From: a virus
Taxonomy: Duplodnaviria; Caudoviricetes
DNA: 60,375 nucleotides
Virus record (IMG/VR): IMGVR_UViG_3300018036_002016
Coordinates: 1 to 60,375 of that record
Strand: one strand, 5' to 3'
Shown in pieces: positions 1 to 9,028 of the stretch. The notes below the pieces were generated by a model. It was given only the letters and a program-made list of their open reading frames with translations, was not told the origin of the DNA and ran no database searches. A program made the translations under genes and the position numbers. How positions within the stretch are numbered: the stretch's first letter is position 1; each line of letters begins with the position of its first letter.

Positions 1-19
1 CCAACTGAGCTAAGAGATC
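1..19 (-). tRNA. 5' end of a tRNA, truncated by the window edge (isotype unknown)
   Basis: Reverse complement GATCTCTTAGCTCAGTTGG reads as an acceptor 5' strand plus TAGCTCAGTTGG D-arm. Confidence 0.7.
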
Positions 20-55
20 AATTTACCTTCATTTCAAAGAACTACAACTACATAG

Positions 56-63
56 CTAATATA
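56..63 (-). promoter_or_regulatory. Class 1 (putative early, host-sigma) promoter box TATATTAG
   Basis: TATATT(A/T)(G/A) recurs in intergenic DNA at 56, 2951, 6245, 6591, 7937, 25243 and 53214, with a T-tract about 20 nt upstream; resembles the Bacteroidota -7 box TAnnTTTG. Confidence 0.6.
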
Positions 64-107
64 ATCAAAATTCTTTAATCTGAAAACTTTTAGCAATGTT
101 TTTTTCG

Positions 108-190
108 CGGAGAGACTGGGACTCGAACCCAGGGATCGAAGATCGATCACAGCTTAGCAGGCTGCTGCATTACCACTCTGCCACCTCTCC
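108..190 (-). tRNA. tRNA-Ser(GCT)
   Basis: GGAGAGG acceptor stem, anticodon arm GCAGC-CTGCTAA-GCTGT, long variable arm, T arm GGGTTCGAGTCCC; CCA not encoded. Confidence 0.92.
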
Positions 191-242
191 TAATAAATAA
201 AGAACATATTAAATAGTAAAAACTATCAAAAAGTTTCAATAT

Positions 243-1334
243 TTATCGTGCATTAATTTCATCTATTTGAGATGGCGTTAAATTCTTTAAAAATTCTACA
301 AATAATTTAATACAAGATTTAACGTCTTCTTTATGTGCCATCTCTACAGTGGTATGCATGTATTTAAGAGGGGTTGCTAAAATTGCAGTTGGCGTATTTT
401 CCATAAAAAATGCCATTGTGTCATTACCCATCGAACCAACTGTTAATTGAATTGGAATATTTTTAGATTTAGCAATAGATCTTAGCATTTGATTAATTTT
501 ACGATGGTTTTGTGCCGTATATTCTAGACAAGGACCTTCTCCTCCTTTATTGTCACCATCTTTGGCCTTATCAATTTTAGGGGTATTAGTATTATGGCAA
601 ACATCATGCACAAGCGCAAGATCAGCTTTTAAAAGCTTAGCAATCTTTTTAGCTCCATGAAGCCCAACTTCTTCCTGCACTGAATTTACGATGTAAAGGT
701 CATAAGGCAATTTAATACTATCTTCAGAGATCTTTCTAAGTGCCTCCGCTATAATGTAACCTCCAATCTTATTATCTAATGATCTTCCAACATAATAGTC
801 TCCAATCTCTTCCAATTGAGTATCGAATGTTATTAGGTTACCAACCTCAACACCAGCATTAACTACTGCATCTTTATCTTTAAGGCCAGTATCTACCCAT
901 AATTCATGCTGGTCATATCCCATTGATGTATATTTATCTCTTGTATGAATTGCCGGCCATCCAAAAAGACCTCTAACCTTTTTACCATCGTGTGTATGTA
1001 TCATTACAGTCTTCGAAGGTGCTATCATATTATCAGATCCACCGTGTCTTTTTACTCTAATCATTCCACTTTCTTCGATATGTGTAATAATCCATGCAAT
1101 CTCGTCACAGTGTGCCTCAATCACAACTCGTTTTGGATCTACCCTGCCGTCTGATTTATAGAGAATACCATATGCAGTTCCATATGCGTCTTGTTGAACC
1201 TCATCGCAATAAGGCATAATATAATTAGTCCATACAGATTGACCTTCGGCTTCTTGTGCTACGGGTGCATATGCATTTAAATAATCATAAAGGAATTTCT
1301 TGTTCTTTTTCATATTGTTTTTAATTTTATCCAT
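243..1334 (-). CDS. M42-family aminopeptidase (start may be 1313)
   Basis: AHCDEI, SLDNKIG, QEEVGLHGA, HDV and KYMHT metal-binding motifs. Confidence 0.85.
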   Translation of the reverse strand: MDKIKNNMKKNKKFLYDYLNAYAPVAQEAEGQSVWTNYIMPYCDEVQQDAYGTAYGILYKSDGRVDPKRVVIEAHCDEIAWIITHIEESGMIRVKRHGGSDNMIAPSKTVMIHTHDGKKVRGLFGWPAIHTRDKYTSMGYDQHELWVDTGLKDKDAVVNAGVEVGNLITFDTQLEEIGDYYVGRSLDNKIGGYIIAEALRKISEDSIKLPYDLYIVNSVQEEVGLHGAKKIAKLLKADLALVHDVCHNTNTPKIDKAKDGDNKGGEGPCLEYTAQNHRKINQMLRSIAKSKNIPIQLTVGSMGNDTMAFFMENTPTAILATPLKYMHTTVEMAHKEDVKSCIKLFVEFLKNLTPSQIDEINAR

Positions 1335-2311
1335 TCAATAGGGGTCATTTCTTTAGAATGTAGTGTTTCAAAACTCTCGTCAAAAACAACCACAGAATTT
1401 TCCATATTTTTATCTAGGTAACATGACCAGAATGAAAATGTAGAATTCGTGAGGATGTGATTTTTACACATCGTTGAGATTATTAGTTGAATATCAAAAT
1501 CTTCATCTATAAAATAAAAATCGTAATTTTTTAAGTCATTATTAGAATATATCATGTTTTTCGCAACTTCACAATTACTAGAAGTAACTATAAATCTATG
1601 ATTTCTTCCAAAAAACTTAACAGCATTCTGAATAAATTCCGATTGTTCCAAATGTTTACTTCTCTCAAACATTTCAGATTCTGAAGCTACGCTTTTATCG
1701 ATAATCCTAAGATTAAGAGAAACTGTTGGCTTCTCAGTTAAAACTTTAGAATATTTTGATTTTACATATTCTACTCTATGAGGATCAAATGCTAAAATAT
1801 CTAATATTTGATTCCTATTATGGTGCCAATATTTCTTATTAAAAAAATATCCATAGAATTGTTCACCTGGAAGAATATCAAGAGGTTTATAAATTCCTTC
1901 AGTTCCGGTGTCAAAATCAAAACCCCACTCAAATCTTTCCTTTATTGTAGAAAAATCACCATTCGCAGTACAGTCTAAATTATCAAACCATTCTATTTTT
2001 GGAAATAAATCCTTAAGGTTAAAATCATTTTTAGATTTCCAACCTGCCCATTTAGAAAAAAAAGGATTTGGCTTTCCTGCCCATTCTGAATTATGATTTT
2101 CTGGTAATTTAGAAATAGAATTATAAGAACTCCAATAACCAAAAATACAATTAAATCCTGAATCTATAGAATATGATATTGCGGTGGCCATTTGGAATAA
2201 ATTGTTTCCGAGGCCACCGCAAAATATAGGAGAAATGTAATTATTTAAATCCTTCCTATGTTGTGATCTAATAAGATCTGGAATATACTTTATAGAACTG
2301 TTATTTTCCAT
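1310..2311 (-). CDS. GT11 alpha-1,2-fucosyltransferase-like protein
   Basis: N-terminal GGLGNNLFQ and C-terminal HILTNSTFSFW; the HxRRxD motif is replaced by NLRIID. Confidence 0.75.
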   Translation of the reverse strand: MENNSSIKYIPDLIRSQHRKDLNNYISPIFCGGLGNNLFQMATAISYSIDSGFNCIFGYWSSYNSISKLPENHNSEWAGKPNPFFSKWAGWKSKNDFNLKDLFPKIEWFDNLDCTANGDFSTIKERFEWGFDFDTGTEGIYKPLDILPGEQFYGYFFNKKYWHHNRNQILDILAFDPHRVEYVKSKYSKVLTEKPTVSLNLRIIDKSVASESEMFERSKHLEQSEFIQNAVKFFGRNHRFIVTSSNCEVAKNMIYSNNDLKNYDFYFIDEDFDIQLIISTMCKNHILTNSTFSFWSCYLDKNMENSVVVFDESFETLHSKEMTPIEWIKLKTI

Positions 2312-2312
2312 T

Positions 2313-2924
2313 CTAGCTCAAGCCACCAGCAACTAGAGACTTTCCGCGACGAATTCGATTCTTAACTGTTTGAAGAGGTACATTATATTTTTCTGCGATA
2401 TCTTCGTACTTCATTTTTCCAATTAGTCGATCTTCAAGAATATCGCGGTACATTGGTTTGAGATTATTCATGAGTTGAAGAGCCATGTTATATCGATTCA
2501 TCAAGTCATTTTCTTCTTCCCAAAAATCTGATTCTGATTTTTGATCGGCTTCTTCAATCAGCATAGAAAGAGTCTCGTTTAAAGACTTATTTTGGCTAAC
2601 TTCAATTCCCAAATCTTTCATGCCATCTAGACTATATTTTTTATTACGCTCTCGAATATATCCAAGGCTTTCGTTAAAAGCAATACGGTACAGCCATGTA
2701 GTAATTTGATATTCTGGTTTGTACTGATCAATTTTAGTCCATAGTTTAAGAAGAGTATTAGCCAATACATCTTCTACTGCTTCTTCATCTTTAAGAATAT
2801 TCCAAATGTAACTTTTAAGTCCTGGTCGAACTCTTTGATAAAGTGCATTGTAAGATTTTTCAGAACGGGTGTTGAAGAATTCTTGACCCAATTGACGGTA
2901 GGATTTTTGATTGTTTTTGCTCAT
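2313..2924 (-). CDS. ECF-type sigma-70 factor
   Basis: Region 2 (EDVLANTLLKLW...TWLYRIAFN) and region 4 HTH (MKYEDIAEKYNVPLQTVKNRIRRGK). Confidence 0.9.
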   Translation of the reverse strand: MSKNNQKSYRQLGQEFFNTRSEKSYNALYQRVRPGLKSYIWNILKDEEAVEDVLANTLLKLWTKIDQYKPEYQITTWLYRIAFNESLGYIRERNKKYSLDGMKDLGIEVSQNKSLNETLSMLIEEADQKSESDFWEEENDLMNRYNMALQLMNNLKPMYRDILEDRLIGKMKYEDIAEKYNVPLQTVKNRIRRGKSLVAGGLS

Positions 2925-2950
2925 AAGATTATTTGTTTAAAAGAACTATA

Positions 2951-2958
2951 CAAATATA
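2951..2958 (-). promoter_or_regulatory. Class 1 promoter box TATATTTG upstream of the ECF sigma gene
   Basis: Exact match to TAnnTTTG, 26 nt upstream of the start codon. Confidence 0.65.
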
Positions 2959-3008
2959 ACCATTTTTTTTCAAATAAAAAAATCTGGCTTAAAAAATTTT
3001 AAAAAAAA

Positions 3009-3524
3009 TTACAAGTCTTGAAATATTCCAAGAATATGCTCTAAATCTTGGGGCTTGTAATTCCACAAATCAGCACTGACGTTAATGGTCATTTCTTTAG
3101 GATCTGATTTATATGCCCTATCCGGGTGGCCAACAAGAGACCAATATCCATCTCTTTTATTTGGCCATTCTTTAAGAGGCCAATATGAGATTGTTGTTTT
3201 CATTTTATGAAGAGGCATTATATGGGGCTTAATCGCAGCTCCATTAATTAACATTTGCTTGGTTGCAAGCTCAATAATTGGACTATCATGTTCTCCTGGA
3301 ATAAACCAAATAGTTCCATTAAGCTTGTCTATCGCAGTTGCTGCTGTTTTAGGATCCCATGCAAAATTACCTAAATGATAAACTAAGTCGTCAGGTCCAA
3401 CTACCTCATTCCATGTTTTAATTATATGACTATCCATTTGATCTACACTATCGAAAGGTCGATCATAATTATCTATTGCATTTGGTCTACCTAATTGTAG
3501 GTTAGAAATAACAAATCGTTTCAT
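3009..3524 (-). CDS. Calcineurin-like phosphoesterase fold with degenerate metal ligands
   Basis: ISNLQLG, WNEVV..DDLVYHLGNF and PGEHD in place of SDxHxG, LGD and GNHD. Confidence 0.7.
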   Translation of the reverse strand: MKRFVISNLQLGRPNAIDNYDRPFDSVDQMDSHIIKTWNEVVGPDDLVYHLGNFAWDPKTAATAIDKLNGTIWFIPGEHDSPIIELATKQMLINGAAIKPHIMPLHKMKTTISYWPLKEWPNKRDGYWSLVGHPDRAYKSDPKEMTINVSADLWNYKPQDLEHILGIFQDL

Positions 3525-3551
3525 GAGGTCTAATGATTTTAAATAAAAATA

Positions 3552-3581
3552 TCTACGAGCAGAAATTAATCCGCTCGTAGA
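3552..3581 (-). terminator. Intrinsic terminator-like hairpin
   Basis: TCTACGAGC...GCTCGTAGA followed by a T-rich run on the minus strand. Confidence 0.6.
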
Positions 3582-3599
3582 ATAGTAGTCTAAAGGATA

Positions 3600-4139
3600 T
3601 TATCCTTCCGTAGTTTCGGTTTCTTCTAGAACCGGTTCTACAACTTCAGTGTTATTAGCTTTTTCTAGCTCATCGATTCGAGAATCTAGTTCTGAAAGCT
3701 CAACATGAAGATCTTTAATTTCTTGATTCATTTCACCAAGAACCTTCATTGCGTTTGTAACTGTTTCTCCGACAAGGGTTAACATTCTAATGAACCTGCG
3801 TGCATTCTCAACTCCAGTTCCTTCAACTGAAAGGAGAGCTTGATAAAGTCCATTTAGTTCATGTGCTCGCAAAGAAACTACTGCCGTTTCTGTTTCTTTA
3901 GAATCAGAAGTTGCCAATTCTTTATACTGTTTTTTAAGGTTATCGTATAAAGTTACGATAACTGCAGCATTTTGAGTCTTCCACGTAAATCCTTTGTCTA
4001 GGTGATCCATCACCAATTTTACGGTTTTACGGTCTTCAAAGTCAACTTCAAAGAGGTGTTCGGCATGATGGACTTGAACCTCATCAACCTTTTTTTCTAG
4101 TTCAGCTCGTTGCTGTGTAAGTGTTTCGATGTTACTCAT
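3600..4139 (-). CDS. Hypothetical coiled-coil protein
   Basis: Intact ORF with a heptad pattern. Confidence 0.6.
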   Translation of the reverse strand: MSNIETLTQQRAELEKKVDEVQVHHAEHLFEVDFEDRKTVKLVMDHLDKGFTWKTQNAAVIVTLYDNLKKQYKELATSDSKETETAVVSLRAHELNGLYQALLSVEGTGVENARRFIRMLTLVGETVTNAMKVLGEMNQEIKDLHVELSELDSRIDELEKANNTEVVEPVLEETETTEG

Positions 4140-4177
4140 ATTATAAAAATTAAAATTCTAGTTTATTTATTTGTTTT

Positions 4178-4651
4178 TTAAAAATCACTATTTTTGATCC
4201 GGATTTCGAAATCGTTAAAATTTCTAAATTGATCTTCATCTGCCTGTAGTCTACGGGCCATTGTGTCGTTATTATCTTTTCGATGATTTAATCTTTCAAT
4301 TCTGGTAAGTCGATCAATATCTAAATAGATTACAATACATTGTTTTCTATATTCATCTGGTAAAAGATCTAATCCTTCTTTACTCATAATCATGACATCA
4401 GCTGCTGCAAAATCATCTTTGGTTTGACCATATAGTCCGCCATTAAAATCCATATATTCAACAAATTCATTGTTTTTTATCATTTGTCGAAACTCATCTT
4501 CTTTAATAAAATGGTAGTCTACCCCATCAACTTCTCCTTTTCTAGGTGGTCGGGTAGTATGACTTACTCCAGCAATAAACCCCTTATTACGAAGTTTAGT
4601 TTTTAAATGATCTTTTCCAGATGCTGCTTTTCCTACAAGTATTAATTTCAT
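4178..4651 (-). CDS. gmk: Guanylate kinase-like protein
   Basis: GKAASGKD P-loop and HTTRPPRKGEVDGVDYHF signature. Confidence 0.85.
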   Translation of the reverse strand: MKLILVGKAASGKDHLKTKLRNKGFIAGVSHTTRPPRKGEVDGVDYHFIKEDEFRQMIKNNEFVEYMDFNGGLYGQTKDDFAAADVMIMSKEGLDLLPDEYRKQCIVIYLDIDRLTRIERLNHRKDNNDTMARRLQADEDQFRNFNDFEIRIKNSDF

Positions 4652-5511
4652 ATGTTTTCGTATGCTTTAGGGTTTGGTAATCCTGAATAATGGTCCCATT
4701 CAGAGTTCATATCAATAGTGTCCCATTTAGGATGATACCAAAATCTTCTACCTGTTTTATCCACAATTTGCGACATTGTTTCATTTCCGTAGCATAAAAA
4801 GAAGTCGGAACGTGTTCGCATGTAGTCGGTCTCATTCTTAAATGGATTCTTCCAGTCCTTGATTTCTCCACCGCCCATAACATATGCTAGGTCTGGAACT
4901 GCTTTACATAGCATAAACAACTCATCACCGCGATTCTCAATCACATATCTAGTATCGGTGAATGGATATAGGTCTTCCATTCGATAGATAATTTCAGCGC
5001 GTAGATAATTGCCGATCCCATTAAAGTACTTTTGATTCATTAGTACCTCATTAAGTGGCTTATCAAATTCACGCTTGTGTAAGTTATCGTAAATGTTTTG
5101 TTTAAATGCTTCCTCTTCAGATGTCGGGTCTGGTCCTCGATTATCTGACCATTCAAAACCTGGCTTCCATTTACCAAAACGACGTACATCCACAAAACTC
5201 AAGGTATAACCATCGGTTGATGTAAACATCATATGTGCATGTTTATTCTCCTCTCCAGTTTTAGAAAGTCTGAAGTGACCAGCCATTCCCATTGTCCATC
5301 GAACTGGTAAAGTATTTTCAGTCAATATGTCATGGATGTAGAGAACCATCTCCTTTCCACGACTCTTTGCACTAATGCTAAATTCAGCATATGGTACCTC
5401 AAATAACTCACCCTTGTGCGCTGGGTTCTTTTTAATACCGTTATAAGTACGTCCCTTTGAGGATTTATTGATATAGTCGGCGGTTAGTTTAAGTTCTGCT
5501 AATTCAGGCAT
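4648..5511 (-). CDS. Fpg/Nei DNA glycosylase, NEIL1-like
   Basis: N-terminal PE catalytic motif, RGKE, FVDVRRFG and H2TH motif NQKYFNGIGNYLRAEIIYR; no C4 zinc finger. Confidence 0.9.
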   Translation of the reverse strand: MPELAELKLTADYINKSSKGRTYNGIKKNPAHKGELFEVPYAEFSISAKSRGKEMVLYIHDILTENTLPVRWTMGMAGHFRLSKTGEENKHAHMMFTSTDGYTLSFVDVRRFGKWKPGFEWSDNRGPDPTSEEEAFKQNIYDNLHKREFDKPLNEVLMNQKYFNGIGNYLRAEIIYRMEDLYPFTDTRYVIENRGDELFMLCKAVPDLAYVMGGGEIKDWKNPFKNETDYMRTRSDFFLCYGNETMSQIVDKTGRRFWYHPKWDTIDMNSEWDHYSGLPNPKAYENI

Positions 5512-5833
5512 TCTTTTTTGGACTAATTAAATTCTCAACATGGTCAATAAAATCATATGCTATAGAGTGACCACCTATATTCCAAGTGTCGAGTTCGTTT
5601 ATCGTATATTCAACATCATATGTTTTCCAATCATAGATGGTATAGGTATCTCCATTAAAATTTACTACCCATTCAAATTGTATCTTTCCATCTCCAGATT
5701 CTTCGACAAATGTCGGTTGTCCAATTGCTCGAATAAGTTCGGAATATTTAACTCCTCTAATATATCCTTTCAATGAAGTTCCGTAAGTCTTATCGAGTGC
5801 GATTTCTTTATCGCGAATAACTTCAAAATTCAT
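5504..5833 (-). CDS. Hypothetical phage protein
   Basis: Intact ORF, translationally coupled to neighbours. Confidence 0.6.
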   Translation of the reverse strand: MNFEVIRDKEIALDKTYGTSLKGYIRGVKYSELIRAIGQPTFVEESGDGKIQFEWVVNFNGDTYTIYDWKTYDVEYTINELDTWNIGGHSIAYDFIDHVENLISPKKNA

Positions 5834-6219
5834 TATACTTTAGAATTTACAAGATTAATAGGAAGCTTATATGTTTTACCATCTTCGGTACATTTAGCCA
5901 GGATAGGGTACTTGTGACTTCTGGCTTTATATCCTGTGATGGTGTATGTTTTACCATCAAGTTGAAAAGAATCACCCAGATTTGCTCGGATTCCTTTGTA
6001 TGACTTGTATCGGTTGAAGTCTAGTGCTTCCTTAGTCATTACTTCTCCAGATTGAGAAATTGTCATCAGCTCAAATTTAGAAGATGCATTACTACTTGAA
6101 AATCGAGTGTTTCCAATTTTTACTTCTAAACCATACTTTGCTGCAACTTCTTTCATTGCTTGTTCAATCTCTGAATTGATTTGACGAAGATTTGAACGGT
6201 CGAATTGATTAATTTTCAT
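5833..6219 (-). CDS. Hypothetical phage protein
   Basis: Intact ORF directly downstream of a class 1 promoter box at 6245. Confidence 0.6.
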   Translation of the reverse strand: MKINQFDRSNLRQINSEIEQAMKEVAAKYGLEVKIGNTRFSSSNASSKFELMTISQSGEVMTKEALDFNRYKSYKGIRANLGDSFQLDGKTYTITGYKARSHKYPILAKCTEDGKTYKLPINLVNSKV

Positions 6220-6298
6220 ATTGATTATAGCTTTAATTACAGTATAAATATAAACCTTTTTTCTTAAACGGAAAAACTTTTAGTGAATTATTTTCAAA

Positions 6299-6565
6299 TT
6301 ATTTTTCAGGTACCTCAATTTTAATGTTTTCTACCTTGCGTACGATAGCATAAATAGAAACAGGGTACCACATATCTCGGTTAGTATCTTTTCCTTTTGG
6401 AACAAAAAACTTAAACCAAGGCTCACCATAATGATCGGCTAATTTATCTTGAGTATCTACTAATTTTCCAATGCTTTTTCCACCAGCAAACCAGAATTCA
6501 TAGATTTCTCCAATTTTAGGACGTTTAACCGCAATTACCTTCTGTTCTGTTTTCTTCTTAGCCAT
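6299..6565 (-). CDS. Hypothetical protein
   Basis: Intact ORF downstream of a class 1 box at 6591. Confidence 0.6.
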   Translation of the reverse strand: MAKKKTEQKVIAVKRPKIGEIYEFWFAGGKSIGKLVDTQDKLADHYGEPWFKFFVPKGKDTNRDMWYPVSIYAIVRKVENIKIEVPEK

Positions 6566-6640
6566 GTTGATTTGTCTTTAACTTATATAGCTAATATAAT
6601 ACAAATATTTCAAATAAAAAAATCTGAAGTGAAAAAGTTA

Positions 6641-7246
6641 TTAACAATATTCAGATCTTAGTAGCGATATAACATCCATTGCATCTTCTACAGCATCGTG
6701 TGCAACCTCAGGAGGTAATCCACATCGCTCTTTGCATTTAGATAATCCAGGAAGACTTTCATCGTTATCCCAATCAGTGAATAAAATAGAAGGATCAATA
6801 ATACGCTGTCGAACTCTAATCCATTGCTTCCACCTTGGAAGTCTTTCTAAAAACTTTAGGTCAAATGTAGCAAAGTTTTTTCCGGCTGCTGTGATATGTA
6901 CCACATCTCCATCCGGTTCAATTCCATTTTCTAGTAAAAAATCGTAGAATGCCTTAACAATAGTATCCTTCTTATAAAACTTTACACCTTTTAGTTTTTC
7001 TAAATCAAAACGCTCACTATCATTCGAGGTTTGATAATAAACAATGTCTTCAATTAGATCCTTATTCATGTTAATTCCATAAGGCTGACCTGAAATATGT
7101 TCACTAACTATAACTCCGTGAAATATTGGTAATTCATTAAGTGGTTTAGTATTGCGAGTGTCTTCAATAACCGCCCCAATACTGAGGACTTGGCATGTTT
7201 CTAAATTAAGTCCTGTGGTTTCGATGTCTATACTTACATATTTCAT
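6641..7246 (-). CDS. DEDDh 3'-5' exonuclease
   Basis: SIDIETTG, GKNFATFD and HDAVED; the ATG at 7246 overlaps the upstream TGA. Confidence 0.85.
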   Translation of the reverse strand: MKYVSIDIETTGLNLETCQVLSIGAVIEDTRNTKPLNELPIFHGVIVSEHISGQPYGINMNKDLIEDIVYYQTSNDSERFDLEKLKGVKFYKKDTIVKAFYDFLLENGIEPDGDVVHITAAGKNFATFDLKFLERLPRWKQWIRVRQRIIDPSILFTDWDNDESLPGLSKCKERCGLPPEVAHDAVEDAMDVISLLRSEYC

Positions 7247-7932
7247 ATAAATTCTATTTGATTTGTTTTGGGATCCCAATCAACAGTGATTGGTTTATTT
7301 ACCATGTCATATTTTTCATTAAGAACAGATGCATTAATAAAGTGGGTACCATCGTGGAACTTATACCCATAGCTACCATGGATGTGGCCAAATACATGAA
7401 TCTTTGGTTTAATTTTATCTACTCTCACTCTTAAGATTTCACAACCTAAATGTGGAGTATTCCATGGTGGCCCACTAACATCTAAATGATCTTGAGGAGG
7501 GCCATGGGTGACTAAAATATCAGTGCCTTCTGGAATATCTTCCCAAACTTTAGCCAATTCTTCACCGCACCTAGGTAAATTAAACGCCCAGTGGTAAAAT
7601 TCAGGCTGCCAAGGGACACCATAGATCTTAACCATTTCATCTGGAAAAAGACCATATTCAAAACCACTATCCTGCATATAATCAACACCATAAGAATTGA
7701 CGATTTCAGCAGCCTTTTCAGGTTCATTCTCAAACATGCGATCGTGGTTACCGGCAATAAAGGCACACACATCATAGTCCTGAGACTCAAACCACTTACA
7801 GAAGTCTTGAATCTCATAGGCACTATAACCACTGTTCATGATGTCTCCAGCATGAATTAAGAGGTCTCCACCTGGCAAGTCTAATTGCCTATGTTTAGTG
7901 TGCGTGTCGCTGATAAATGTTATTCTTAGCAT
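7243..7932 (-). CDS. Metallophosphoesterase (MPPED-like)
   Basis: SDTH, HAGD, AGNHD, THGPP and FGHIH motifs all intact. Confidence 0.9.
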   Translation of the reverse strand: MLRITFISDTHTKHRQLDLPGGDLLIHAGDIMNSGYSAYEIQDFCKWFESQDYDVCAFIAGNHDRMFENEPEKAAEIVNSYGVDYMQDSGFEYGLFPDEMVKIYGVPWQPEFYHWAFNLPRCGEELAKVWEDIPEGTDILVTHGPPQDHLDVSGPPWNTPHLGCEILRVRVDKIKPKIHVFGHIHGSYGYKFHDGTHFINASVLNEKYDMVNKPITVDWDPKTNQIEFI

Positions 7933-7968
7933 ATAGCTAATATAATAAAAAAAAATGTAATTAAAAAA

Positions 7969-8091
7969 TTATTCTTCATCTTTTTTCGGATGTTCTTCAG
8001 TGGGAACATTCCATGAATCTTCCCAATAAACAAATTGAACTTCCGGCTTAGTATTCCGTACTGAAAAAGAATGTTTGAAAAAGTCTTCCAT
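7969..8091 (-). CDS. Possible 40-aa ORF (MEDFFKHS...KKDEE)
   Basis: Read by hand; fills the gap between two genes and overlaps the 3' end of 8048..8632. Confidence 0.3.
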   Translation of the reverse strand: MEDFFKHSFSVRNTKPEVQFVYWEDSWNVPTEEHPKKDEE

Positions 8092-8632
8092 CGTATTTAT
8101 CTTGTCCAAAATAATCAAGAGACATATGAAAGAGATCTCCTCGATATAAAATTAGACGGTTAAATTTATTTGCTATCCTATCTGTCATTTCCCACTTTGT
8201 CATATCCTGAGAATCTTTATTAATCTCATTAAGAAGTTCTTCATTGACAGTACCGTCAGGATTCTTAGGCGCCTTATCAAGGCCAGTTGCCTTATGTCTA
8301 AAATGACCAGTTCCAGCCGATAGCGGAGCATCAGGGGTAAGATATATTACTCCTGCCCAAGTTGTTCCGCTATCAGCATGGATCCAGCTTCGATCTCTAG
8401 CTGTGGTAAATTGAAACGATCCAGTATAACTATCGGGCCAATAAGTAATTTCGCCTGCTGCTGGCCGAATAGCTTCCTGGATTAGTTGCTTTGCTGATTC
8501 GGTATATGCGGGCTTTGTTCGGTTTCCTGGATAATTACCATTTACCTCAAATTCCATATTAAGAGCCATTTCACGAACAGACATTGCATCGTCGTAAAAA
8601 TTATCAATAATTATTGCGTTTAAATCTGCCAT
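8048..8632 (-). CDS. 2OG-Fe(II) oxygenase-like protein
   Basis: IIDNFY, YPGNRT, HAD (HxD), IYLTP, NRLILY..H and RLFQTFF. Confidence 0.75.
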   Translation of the reverse strand: MADLNAIIIDNFYDDAMSVREMALNMEFEVNGNYPGNRTKPAYTESAKQLIQEAIRPAAGEITYWPDSYTGSFQFTTARDRSWIHADSGTTWAGVIYLTPDAPLSAGTGHFRHKATGLDKAPKNPDGTVNEELLNEINKDSQDMTKWEMTDRIANKFNRLILYRGDLFHMSLDYFGQDKYDGRLFQTFFFSTEY

Positions 8633-8655
8633 ATTGAATACACGTCTGGGATTAG

Positions 8656-8729
8656 TACGCCGTACAGGATTCGAACCTGTGACCGTCTGCTTAGAAGGCA
8701 GATGCTCTATCCAGCTGAGCTAACGGCGC
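8656..8729 (-). tRNA. tRNA-Arg(TCT)
   Basis: GCGCCGT acceptor, TAGCTCAGCTGGATAGAGC D arm, anticodon arm TCTGC-CTTCTAA-GCAGA, T arm GGTTCGAATCC. Confidence 0.95.
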
Positions 8730-8739
8730 ATATTTATTA

Positions 8740-8767
8740 CTTATACAGCCTGCTCTTGCTTTGTTTC
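8740..8767 (-). promoter_or_regulatory. Class 2 promoter GAAAC-N17-TATAA upstream of tRNA-Arg
   Basis: One of eight near-identical copies with fixed spacing. Confidence 0.7.
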
Positions 8768-8983
8768 ATTAATCTTATTAAACTCGTATTTACCTTTAAT
8801 AAATTGATTCAAAGCTTTGCCTTGTGAATCTGCCATATTAAAAAGATTCCAGTCTGTTAGCTCAACACCTTCATAAACATATGTTGCGTGGCTAAAATGA
8901 ACTGTTAGCGTCTTATGTTCAACGTTGTAAGTTGCTGACTTGACCGTAGAAGAATTATAGTTTGAATGAGTGGTTGTAATCAT
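8741..8983 (-). CDS. KTSC-domain protein
   Basis: SSTVKSATY, LTVHF..TYVYEGV and ADSQGKALNQFIKGKY. Confidence 0.8.
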   Translation of the reverse strand: MITTTHSNYNSSTVKSATYNVEHKTLTVHFSHATYVYEGVELTDWNLFNMADSQGKALNQFIKGKYEFNKINETKQEQAV

Positions 8984-9000
8984 AATAACTTTATTTGATA

Positions 9001-9028
9001 CTTATATCACTAAAGTTACCTTAGTTTC
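9001..9028 (-). promoter_or_regulatory. Class 2 promoter GAAAC-N17-TATAAG
   Basis: Same motif, upstream of the KTSC gene. Confidence 0.7.

Noticed and set aside
6243-6250. Exact T4 late promoter TATAAATA on the plus strand
   Set aside because: No plus-strand gene follows; it overlaps the complement of a class 1 box serving the minus-strand gene.
243-8632. Host chromosome flank or prophage junction at the left end
   Set aside because: The bacterial-like genes share strand, composition and promoter motifs with the phage core, and no integrase or att site is visible.
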